A stretch of 64,000 bases of DNA from Cyanophora paradoxa CCMP329 (lineage: Eukaryota > Plantae > Glaucophyta): contig QPMI01000044.1 of the NCBI GenBank assembly GCA_004431415.1, positions 310,001 to 374,000 on the forward strand. Direction: 5' to 3'. A program made the translations under genes and the position numbers. The notes under the pieces are model-generated. The model did no database searches, was not told the DNA's origin, and was given only the letters and a program-made list of their open reading frames with translations. Within the stretch, counting starts at the first letter, position 1. Every line of letters starts with the position of its first letter. Shown one piece after another: positions 12,001 to 24,000 of the stretch.

Positions 12001-15000
12001 TTTCTTACTTGTCCATGAACCTTCGATATATAGACAGTCCGTTCTGATCCCGGCAACCTTGTGCCCGCGCGCTGTCAGGCGCTTGTATTGCGCAAACATA
12101 TTAGCGCGGTTACGATCGTAAATATGAAAGTGGATAGGAAGGAATCCGTTAACGAGCTCGCGGTGGGAGCTGATCTTAACGAAATAGATGTGACCTTCGA
12201 ATTCGCTAAGAGTTTTGACACGTTTCGAATTCTTAGGATTGAAAGTAAACACCTCTACTGTTCCTCCGCATTCTTGGGCAAACCTCTCAGCCTCGGCACG
12301 GTTGTAGAACATTTTCGTGGATGTTTGCGAGTCTTGGAATTTGCCGAGCATTCCGATCTCTTTCACTAAAATGTGCTTCTTATCTGTGGTTTGAATGTCG
12401 CTTGACAGCACTTTTTGCATCTCAGCGATCGACGTATTGGGCACCAAATGCGAAGGCTCCGCGACCGCGATAATCTCTATCTTGTCCTTTACGTCCGCCC
12501 AATGCATGGAGAGAGTGTAGCCTGTCATGAAATTATAACAGCGACCACTCACGGAAAATGCGCGATCCAGAATAATTTCGATTCCATCAATCTTGCGAGA
12601 CATGGCGGCATCATAATCTACATCCTCATCGTCGGCGAAAGTCGCTTGCTCTCTCTCAAACGCAACGACACGCACGTAGTAGATCGCGTGTTCGAGAATA
12701 TCGCTTCCCGCTTTAAAGGGAACGAAGTCATCAAACACATTGTATTTCGGAAGATATTGCATGCCTTTCAGTATCGAAGGGTAGCACTTCGCCATATCGA
12801 CAGCTGTGTAGGTGGCTTTCGGGTTCGGCTTATAGAAAAAGCCACTTAGTGCGGATCGCTTGTAGTGCGTGAGAATTTCGCGCATGTTCGGGCTGTAATG
12901 TGAGATATTCGTCGCATTTAGAAGCGACTCGCGGAAACCCTTACCGATTTCACAGACCTTATTATAATACTCTTCTGTTTCGAAATCTTGCTCAATAAAG
13001 TGGTCTGTTGTGCGTGGATCTTTGATAGAGAACATCGAGCCATTAGCTTTGAATGTGATGCTGTCGATCTGTTTCGATGGTGTTAGCTTCACTGCGGGTT
13101 CATATCGCATTTTCAGGAACGTAAATAGAAGACCTTCCAGACCTTCGCGCCCAGTATACAGAATGCGGATGAAACTGCGCTCGTCGGGCGATAGTTTTAA
13201 TTGCGTGATCTTTAACAGATCCTTGGATGTGTGCGCGAAGATATCGTGAGTAAGACACGTCGGAATTTTATAGAGTGCTAACGAAGAGGTCGACTTAGGA
13301 ACATGATTATCGAGCTCTTCGACCTCCATCTTTGCCATGCGCATTTCGAGCGACTTGATGTTATCGTTGAATATATAGATGTGCTTGTTGTGAATCATAA
13401 AGTGAATATTGCGGGGATTGATGTTTTTGTTAATTGATTCCGCCGCGAATTTGTATATTAACTTTCCGTCGACATCAAAGACGCGGAAGCCTGTCTGGAT
13501 TCTCTTACAGAATTTCTCGATATGGCGGAGGGTGAGAGCCAGAGAGTCGCCAGGTGTGCGCTCACGACCGTGAAAGAATTTATAGAGACCGTCGTAGGAC
13601 ATAGTTAAGTCAGTATATCGCGGTTTTGGCGCCTCCTGACACTTCTTAATGGACGCTCCCCATGTGGAGATGATCATATCATAGCCGCAAGCGTTAGATG
13701 TCGATGACTTGGGAAGCTCAATAACATCTTCGAACTCAGACGCGTTTGGATTTAATGTGTAGTCTGTGAATTTGCTCATAATCGCGGTGCATCGCATACT
13801 GTCCATAAGCTCCTCATCCAGAAACTCATAGCGATTGCCAGGTATAGCACCGGCTCCATCGTCCTCGACACCTTCATCCCCATCGATCGCGACCTCATGA
13901 ACAGTTATAAAGGCATCATCGACACTGCCGCCAAAATCATCGAAACCTTTGCGTAGTTTTTTCTGTTCCTCGGTTGGTGGTGTCTTAAAGAAGAACATCT
14001 CGTATGCTTGTCCGAAAGTTCCCAGACGAATCTTCAATTCATCGTAGTTTTCGAGTAAATCGAAGATTGATTCGCTCTCATGCCAATCATGACGAACTTG
14101 ACCCGGTCTAATTAGAATTTGAGACATTCTATCCATTTTCGCCAGAGCAAAGTTTCTCAACACCCTCACCGAAACTGTCTCTCTTATATTGCGGTAGGTG
14201 ACAAAGGTTCTGTCTGGTATATTTAATTCGGGAATTCCGGGAATAACAATTACCTCCGACGACCGAGCACCGGATCCGGGCGCCCATAGCTTGAACGTAA
14301 TTGTTGCGAGAGTTTCCGGATCATATTGGGCGATTGGGTCGAGAATAGTGCGTTTAATCGCATCCTCTACCGCTTTTAGTTTACCTCTCTGCTGCTTCGC
14401 TTCGAGTTTCGCTTCTTTCGCTCGTTTCTGTTCTTGCTTGCGATCGAAGCGCTGTAAACGCTTCGCCTCTTGTTCTTTTTGCTTTTGCTTTTCTATATTA
14501 ACTTGGGTGCGAGCGGCGCGCTTCTCTTTCCGCTCTGCCCTGCGGAAAACGCGGGGATTAATGATGCCATTCAGAGTATCCCGAATGTCTATCAGCGTTT
14601 GGAGCTTGGGCTTCCGATTCATTGTGTTGTGCATCGCCCAATGCGCCTGTTCTTCGGTTAGCAAATCCTGACTCAATCCCTGCATAATGTATCCGATAAT
14701 TTCATCCCGAACATTGTTAGCGATTCTGTTGGTTGCGCGCGGCATCTCTATTAGTTCTTTTAAAATAACCGGAGAAAATAATTTCGGCGCAATCTACCAA
14801 ATTCTCCTTTTCATACCCTTGTCGCCAAATCTTTAAGTGCTTTTTTGACCGATACGGGGAATAAAAATGGAGGTAAAAAATTAATCATTTTTTGCATCGT
14901 ACGGATACTTTCCGCTACGAATTTTTTGCGTTCTCGACGACATGCTTTCGGGGTCTCCCAGCGGGCTTTTGCGGCTGGGGCTTCACCGGCGGATTCAGCT

Positions 15001-18000
15001 TGCGTTCCGCTCTTTTCCTTCGTTGGTATTCACGTGCCTTCTCTCGGATTTTCTCCCGATACTCTTCATCGTCTTGGTATCGCTGCTGTTTACGAATTGC
15101 GATCTTTTGTAGCTGTTCCGGTGTGAATATAGTAGCCTCTCCGGCGGCTAATCGCTCTTGCTTTTGTCTCTGATGCTTGTTTCGCTGCCGCTCTGCATCT
15201 TTCTCGCGTTTTAGTCTTAATCTCTCCGCTTTCTCCTCTTCTGTGATCACCTTCTTCGGTCGCCCTGGTCTGCGCTTTTCTTGCTGTGCCGCCATTGCCT
15301 CTTGGTTTGAAATCTTGGGTTTCGCCATTTACTATAACCGGAGAAAATAGTTTTTTGTCACTCTGTATTATTTCCCTTGCCCTTATATACCTTTTACCGA
15401 AACCTTCAATTTTTGCCCTTGGCTCGATACAAGCGCCACCGAAATTCACCGCTCAATAACCGTTCCAGACGGTTTGTTCTTGTTGCTGAGGATATACATA
15501 AGGGTTTGTTAAGCTGTCATCGTCGCCTAATGCCATTTGATCCAATCTATACATCGGATAAGGGGAGTCAGCGCGAAAATGCCCTTCCACAAATTCAGGA
15601 CATGAGCGCCTTCTAATATGCTCTACATGCACATCCTCTATCTGAGAGGTTTCGATATTGGAACTCATAGCCGCGGGCACAGGCGAGGGCGATCGAGATC
15701 TTGGGTGGTTGTGATTGTCGCTGTGGTTAGAATATACAGAAAGGCGCCTACCTCCATTCTCGTCGTCAGAAATATTAACCTCTACGGTTGTGTCGCAACA
15801 GGAGTTATGGCACGTGCTCGTGAAATGTAAATGAAACATTTCGATGCATTGTGTGATGAAATTCATCGACCCTACAAATGGGCAACGTATTAAATATCGG
15901 AGAAAATAAAAGGGAATGAGGGCTTTACTTGCTCGTGTGTTCCCTACGAATTAGTCGACCTTATAATGCTGTTTATGGAGCCGACATGCCCGTTTTGCAA
16001 GGGCATTCATATTAAGACACGCTCTAAATACGGGCGGGTTCAGCTTTGCCTTGCGGATATTCACAGCCATTAGCGGATATGGCGTTTACCACCAAGCATT
16101 GCGGCATAATTTACGGGTGCAGTCGGCACTATGTGCGCATATTGCGGGGCGACCGATTGCTGACGAGTTACGGCTTGCGCATCTGTCTTTTCCTCCTTTT
16201 TAATCTCCTCTACGTCGACTTTTTGCTTTAATCCGAGTTTGGAGATCTCTTTCTTTACAAGCCCCTTTAATTTCTTGCGTTCGTTATAATCTTGCATCCA
16301 TTTCTCGTAGTTTGACACTTTCATTTCAAGATCTCGCACTTTCTCTTCGAAGCTCATGACAACGTCGACTGGAACAGTGTGTTTTTGATAGGATCCGCGC
16401 TTTTTAAGCTCGGTTTCGGCGGCTTTCGGGACGTCTTGTGTCTTGTGCTGGCTTGCAACAACTTGCGCTTTGAGTACTTTGTCGGTTGCTTCATCAACAG
16501 AGCCGCCTCCAATCTGTGGTTTTACAGTAGCTAAATCCTCCATTTGGCGTTTACCGCTATCTTGGTTTCCCTTGTCCGCGGTGGCACTCGCAATAATCGC
16601 CTCTTGCTTGGCGACCTCTTCTGGCGAAGTGTCTACCAGATATTCGGGCATTTCGAGACCGCCGCCCGACGTTAATCCAGACTCTTCAAGTCCGCGATTT
16701 GGATTACCAGAAGCGACCGTTTGAATGGTTTGAGGCTTCTTTCGGTAGACCATGATTATCTTTTCTTACACTTTATTAACATTTTCTTTTTCTTCGGCGA
16801 AATTTGGGAAAGTTTGGGGATACCTTCAAGCTCACGTTCAAATTTCGATAAAGTTTTACAGACAGTTGTCGAATCTTTGACAGGCGGCGGTTTTGTAGCT
16901 TGCTCTTCTTGTTGTTTGCGCTTCTTTTCTTCAAAAGCCGCCCGCTTGTGGAATTTAGTAAACGGGTGGTCATCGATCATATCGGCTTTTTCGACCCACC
17001 ATCGCACAGAATACCCGGTATTATCGTGAATGATCGCTTGGTAGCTATGACAGAATTCTTGGAACATGCGCTTGAAACTCTCTTTATCCATGTTCCCGAA
17101 TTCCTCGTGATATGCTTCAAACTCTCGCATGTTTGACCAGCTTAGGAATATGATATACTCCGCATTGCTGCGAATGATCGTTGACAGCTTTGTTAGTTTC
17201 TGCGATATTAAAGCGACGCTACAAAACGTATGACGACCTTGCGCCATCAATTTATTTAGCAAATGATCGCGCGAAAGATCGATAGTTCCGGACTCCAAAC
17301 AATCGTCGAGCACGATAAGAATATTCTTTGGTTTCTTTCCAGCGATGATAGCTTTCTTGCGGGCTTCTATGATCGACTCTACGTATTCCGGTTTCCAGGT
17401 ATCATGCACTTCGTCTGTTATTTGACCCCAGAAACCGTTAAAACTCGTAGGACAGAAAACCAGAACATACGAGATCTGGTCTTCGAGTTCTTTGATCAGC
17501 CACTTTAAGAATACCGATTTACCACAATTGGTTTTCGCCAATAGGAGAAATCGTGCGGGAAGTTTCACCCTTTGTTTCGGGTTCCATTCTTCGAGATCCA
17601 TGGGCGTCGTCCCTTTTTGCATTCTTTCACTATAAAAACAATAGAAAAATAAGACTGAATGTGGTAATCGCACGAATTCCTCATGCTGATACTCTTCGGA
17701 TTCCGTCGGCGGAAATTATCATTATGTTATGAGCGAGGGCAATGCACTGAATTTGCATCTTCTGATAAGCGGTACCCGCATACCACTCCTCATTACCGAC
17801 TCCACCGGCTGTGACACCATTGAATTCGAAGACCAGATCGAACGCCGATGTGCCTGTGGCATCGATGTAGCCCGTGTTCTCTTGGTTGAGAAGCGACGCC
17901 TTTCCGTTTCCAGCACCGAAGTAAATGCCAGAGAGAGCCGGGTAGCTTGTGCTCTCGGTAAAGATCGCCGAATTATATTTATCTTGAAGTTCGGTCGCGG

Positions 18001-21000
18001 CAATCATGAGAGGAAGCGAAGTATTCGAGTAGAGGCGGTTATTGTTGAGTTCCACATAGAAGCTTACAGCGTTGGTTCGGAGTGCACGAGGAGCCAGAAC
18101 CGAGAGAGTTCCGTTGTTCACCTTTGTCTTCGCGTTTTGGCGCACAGAGAATACGAGAGTGTGGATGAGACCCGCACCTGTGAGTTGCGAGAGATTGACT
18201 CGCGAACCGGAGGCGGTCGGCTGGAAATCTGTGTGGAGGAAACCGATTTCGTTGTAGGGGATCGCGATACCAGTCGATTTAACACGGGCAATGGTCTCAG
18301 ATACAACCGCCTCATCGGCATTTACGACCTTGCAGATAATGCGGGGTTTCAGCACTTGAAGGGAAGCACCACTGTTTACGACCGAAATATTGCCAACATT
18401 GTTTACATCCTCAATGATACCATCACCAATCGCCTTGAATTCGATTTCGACCACGATCTCAGAGTTCAGAGCGCAAAGTGGGAACATCGCCTTCTCGAAA
18501 GGAGAGGGTAAATCGATTTCGTAGGTTCCACCGACAGTGTTACCAGCGGTTCCGACAAGACCACCCACATAGCGAAGTTTCTTATCGAGTTCTCCCTGTT
18601 CGGTCATCAGTAGAAAATACTGGGTGACGAAATCCTCTGGGACAACATAGCGGAATGAAGCGTGAGAGATTTCAATGCGCTTAATTAGCGATCCAATAAC
18701 GCGAAGGTAGCCAGTAGTTCCAGCGACACCATTCGTGAGATCAGTGAGGGTGATCGGGTTAAGATCGAGTTGCAGCGCGAGACCATTCAGGAAATGGTAG
18801 CGGGGGATTTTGAAGACAACTCGGTTGCCGAGAGCGCTGGGTGGCTCAGTGTCGGGGGCGACCAGAACTCGAAGTGGCTTAGTGCCAGAGGACGTTCCAA
18901 TGACCAGCGACTTGTTTAGGAAATAATCCTTGTAGTCATCGGTGGTGAGCATAGATTTCAGCGTTGGGCGCTGGAATTGGCTGTTTGTCTCCATGAGCGT
19001 TTCTTCTCTTATCTTTGGGATCAGAAAATAATTTACAGGGCTTAGTAGAAATTCATTTCGGGCGGTGCGTCGTAGGTTTCGATCTCAAAAGTGAAATAAT
19101 GCGCCCAAATCCCGAAATCTAAGAGAGCGCCATCATGGTCGATGAGTTTAATCGTCAAGCGGTCGAACGATTTTAATTCGCGGAATTCACGAATGAGAGG
19201 CACAGTTGTGGACGTGTCGAAGTGGTAGATATCACCATGTTCGAGTTCCTGTGGGATTGGAATGCGCATGAAATAACCGTCGACGTGCTTGTTGACTGAG
19301 CGAATAAACGGCGCGAATTCGTCAATATATAGCCAGATCATTGCAGCCGGGGTCTCATCTCCACGAGTATAGCCGCGAATGCGTCGATTAAGTGTCACAG
19401 TCCCCGATCCAGGATTAAACACAAGGAATGTATCGTTTGCAAGAGGTGTAAATGTCTCGTAAACATATAGTTGAATATCTTTGAAACCGAATATTGCGAG
19501 TTTCTTAGCGATTGCTTTGCGGTTACTGGATTTTCTGAGTGTTTCAGGGGAAGCTTTGGAGAACTTGAACCAAAAGTTACTATCACTGAAAAACTCATAG
19601 ATCTTTGAAGTAGTATTATAGCGGCATTTAATATATTTTCCACCGAAATCTGAAAGGCGAGCTGCTTCGAGTCTTTCTGTGACTTTTGCGGCAAGGTCGT
19701 CTTTGGTGTAAAATCCTTTGGGGATTGTGATGGTCACGAATCCGGAATCCGAAGCTGTGACCGAGAAATAGAGTTCCATGCGCTCGATGGTTGCACCAGT
19801 GGCGTCTATATCGTTTGTCACGGTCGAAAGAACATTGGGAACCGTTGCCTGCACCAGGCGCACCGATTTTACGTTGTCATAGCGACGGGGTAATGTCACT
19901 ACATACTGGTTTGGCTGAGTAAACTCCTCGTCGCGATCATCGCTCGAAAAGCTCAGGTATTCTTTCATCTTACTATAATAGATTATGAAAAGAATAACAA
20001 TAAATTGCGACAGTAGAGACCTTGAAAACGGCGTGCTGCACTTGAAAACGCGCCTTAATAATGTACGACGATTTCGTGTGCTATCCGCTGAGATTCCCAA
20101 TAGCTCTTATGTTGTTCCGCCCGAACAGACAATAACTATAACGCTTTTGAACGAAGAGCCCACAGTAATCCCCGCATCCAAAATGATAGCACCGATTCCC
20201 AGCGTAAACGATTATTATTACGTCGATGCTGATAACGAACGATATCCGAAAGAGAGAGCTCTAAACAGTGATGCTTTACTCGGATTTGCGGGCGGTTCTT
20301 TTAATCCACTCGGTCTCTTCCCGGTTTCCTATTCTCTCGCTCTGTCTACGAACCGCTTCGTGTTCTCATCTCCGAATAGCCCTTTTACATTAGAGTCCTC
20401 AGACCAGGAGTTCTGTGACTGTCTCGGCATAGAACCCGGAGTGGTTTACGCCAGCACACCAGAACCAGTGCCGGTTCCACTCAGAGATTACCCCAGTCGC
20501 TACGCGATTATATGCCCGAAAATGGTCGACTTTAATGCAATTCCATATATTTACCTTGATATCGAAGAGCTCCGCCCGTTTACCAAATTCGCAGCGGTTA
20601 CTGGGAGACAGAACAATTTCGACGACTCCTATCTATTGCGAATTCAGATGAACTCGGACTTTGGTAGATATTCCTTTTACCACGAACCGAGCGCAAGCAT
20701 CCCTTTCGTAAATGTCACATCGCAACTCGATTTAGATCGTCTCACAATATCGCTTCGAAAATGGCGGGGCTCTGTTGCGGATATAAACGGTCTCTCATAC
20801 TCGTTCCAGCTCGAAGTGATCACCGATTAAGCGCTGTTCACACGTAGTAGCCCTCGAAATCTATTCGGCATGCCGAAGCTACGTTCGTTGTGAGCACCCA
20901 GATTACGAGGGTTCTCACAGATCTCGGGTTTGCTAAGAAATGTTCGTCAGGATCGGCACTTCCGGCTATTTGATTTGCATTGGTAAACACTCTCGTCGCG

Positions 21001-24000
21001 CCGGCTTCTGTGTATGTAACAAGCGCAGAAACTCCCGGAGTTAATTGGTAATCGATCTCAAACGTTTTAATGTAGTTTCCATTCGCAGCCGGCTTCATTT
21101 TTATTGAGGAAAGCATAAACAGACGCGGAAAATCAATGCGTAAATAATTGCCTCCCGACCTACTACCTTGCGGCGGGTTAGTAAATCCCACCCACCCCGT
21201 GGCATTCGACCAGCGGGCATTGGAGGCTGTGCCGAATTCCGCAATAAAGGCGCTATTATCGAGCGGCACCCAGTTAGACTCCGGGGGTGCACTTATATCT
21301 GTGCATCCGGACAGATTAATTATGGGAACATCGCCCTCTGATATATTCATCGTCAGCACCGAATACATTGCATTAAAATAGGTTTGCTGTGCGGAAACAA
21401 AGGCGAGGGCTTCCGTTTCCAAATATTGCAGGTGACTCGTTGTGATAGTATCGAGAGTCATTTTATCTTTCGGTAAAGGCACGCTCAGCTTATAGTAGCG
21501 ATCGTAATTCTGATCATCATTTCTTGGTAAAAGTTCCAGTAGCTTTACGTGGGCGTTTAGATCGCTCGACTCTAAGAACATGCTGAGAATTGGCGATCCT
21601 GTGGCGCTTAGCATCCATTGCACGATCCCCCAATTTTTCATAGTGTCGTACGAATATCCAGATGTCGCCTTATCAGAGTCTTGGACGTGACCCGCCGTAA
21701 TCGAGACCACGATTAGCTCCTCCTCGCAAGAGTTTCCGAATAAAGTGCGGGCGAATGTGTAGCCGCAAACCCCGGGCGAATTATTTCCACTCATGCAACC
21801 ATCAATTAAACAGTATGTTCTTCCGGCGACTGTGACTTGTTTCGGCTCGAAATAGGTCGGAGCAGCCGAGGTAGCCCTTGCAGCATCGCGCACAAGCATC
21901 CCATTAATGTCTTCATCGTTGCTTGAAATAAAAACGGGGGACATTAAGATCGTGTCAAACGCAGTCACGATGGTGGGTTTATAGAGATCCGCCATGGTCG
22001 CTGAGCCGCAGAGTTCCAGAGCCACAGCTTCTAAGTTAGTTGCTTCGTACTTTGGGCGCTGTACAATCGATGTAAGCACTCGCGGATTCGCGAAAATCAG
22101 TGGTAGTTTCGCTTTGTAGAGCGCGAGAATATCAGTAGCAGTATATTTAGGGGCGCCATCGGTTCCCTTGATATTCAATAGGAGCGCGATTAATCCACCT
22201 GTGGATGTTCCCGCAAAGCAGTCGAATAGCTGTTGGATTCGTTTACCTGTTTGGGCTTCAATCTGTGCCAGTATAGCAGCCTCGATTATTCCACGCGACC
22301 CTCCACCACTCAAAGCGAGGCAGGTCTTCATTATCTTATATACTTCTTATATATCTTCTTTGTTTATAAAGAGGATGTCGTTCCTGAATCCGAGACCCGA
22401 TGCGCGAGTAATTAATTCGACCACGCAGATAGAAGACACTGATCAAGTAAACAACGAAATTCGCGGGTCTCTGAGAATAAATTACAATGCAGACCGCGAA
22501 GATCCAGTCAGTGGAACACCGAGCAGACCCGCAGCTTTGCAGTTAATGAACGTCGAGAAGGGGGATCATAAACTTGGAATCGACTTTTTACTTGATGATA
22601 ACGAACGAAACCGAGTTGCCAGCATTCAGGCAACCCGCCAGCTACCGAAAACGGTGCGATATAATCGCAGGAACATCCCGAAAGCATTCGATAGAGGTCG
22701 CTTAAACTTCTTCATTCAAGATGAGAGCGGTTTCCAAAATGCAGCTATGAGAATCGTGGATAATAGCACACTTATAGCGGGAGTATCCACACGAAAAACA
22801 AAGGTAGAGGTCGTTCATGATCTCTCAGCAGGTAATCTTACGACGAGTAATATTACAGCAAGTAACATCACTACGGATACCCTAAACGTAAACTCGCTTA
22901 ACTCCGAGTCGTTTTTCGCCACTAATGTCGCAACCTGTAACCTAAACATCGAATCCTTTGTGATTCAGAAGAGCGAATCGGTTCCCCAGATAACAGAGGG
23001 CGTTTTCACATTAGACCCCGCGAAACCGACCTTAGAAATTGTCGAAAATGGGGACGTTGTGGATATAATTGGCGCCAATGCTCCGAATGTGAGATCCTTA
23101 GCACTTGATAAAACGACTATATCATTTGCAGAGGAAATTCCGGCATTTACCACAGAGAAACAGGCACTGAGAACAGATCATGTTTACATTACCAGAGACA
23201 ATATAAACGATCTTTTAGGCAAGGACATCGTAAAGGCGTTTTTGGAGTTCGAGAGGAGCAAGAACACCAAAGATTCCAGCCAGGATGGAACCCTCACGAC
23301 CCACACTACCGAAATCGCCGCTTTGCAATCCGAAATTAATGCTCTGTTTGCAGCAGATGGAGCGCTTGCAATTACCTTAGCCCATATTCTATCGAAAAGG
23401 AACATTTACCCCGCGACTGACAACACATACCGAGTTGGTTTATCGAATCTGAGATGGTCAGAGGTGCATGGAGTTTCCATGTTTGCCTCCAATTTAATCC
23501 TTCCATTTAATCACTCACTCCGACCCAATCAGATTCTCACCAGTGATAATGCACTAATCAGCTACACCGACTATAATAGTAACCTTTCCCGCTCGGTTTC
23601 GCAAACTGAGACCTACACTGTCGAGGGATACCCTCAGCAGCTCGCGAATGGGGTCTATGTCGCTTATGTAGGCAAACCTACATATACATTCACTTGGGAT
23701 CAGTTGGGTGTCACAGGTTTCGAGACGACTATACCCACTGTTTCATTGGTGGATCACACTACTTATTATAATCCTATCTATAACAATAATGAATCTAATA
23801 AAGCATTTATCCAAAATGTCACCTCCACAGGGTTTCAGGTTTCGTTTGTCATTAACGAGACATACAATTTACTTATCATCCGAAACAACTCATTGAGTTC
23901 CGAAGCTACTATAAGTTTCACTCTTACCATCAATTATATCACCCCTGAATTCGATAGCAAACCCAGAGTGAAGGTTTACCGAGATTTACAAGGTAGCAAT

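Noticed and set aside
15916-16073. Micro-ORF with F-box-like FPYELVDLIM and CPFC on the plus strand
   Set aside because: Needs an assumed 1-bp frameshift near 15943; not supportable without reads.
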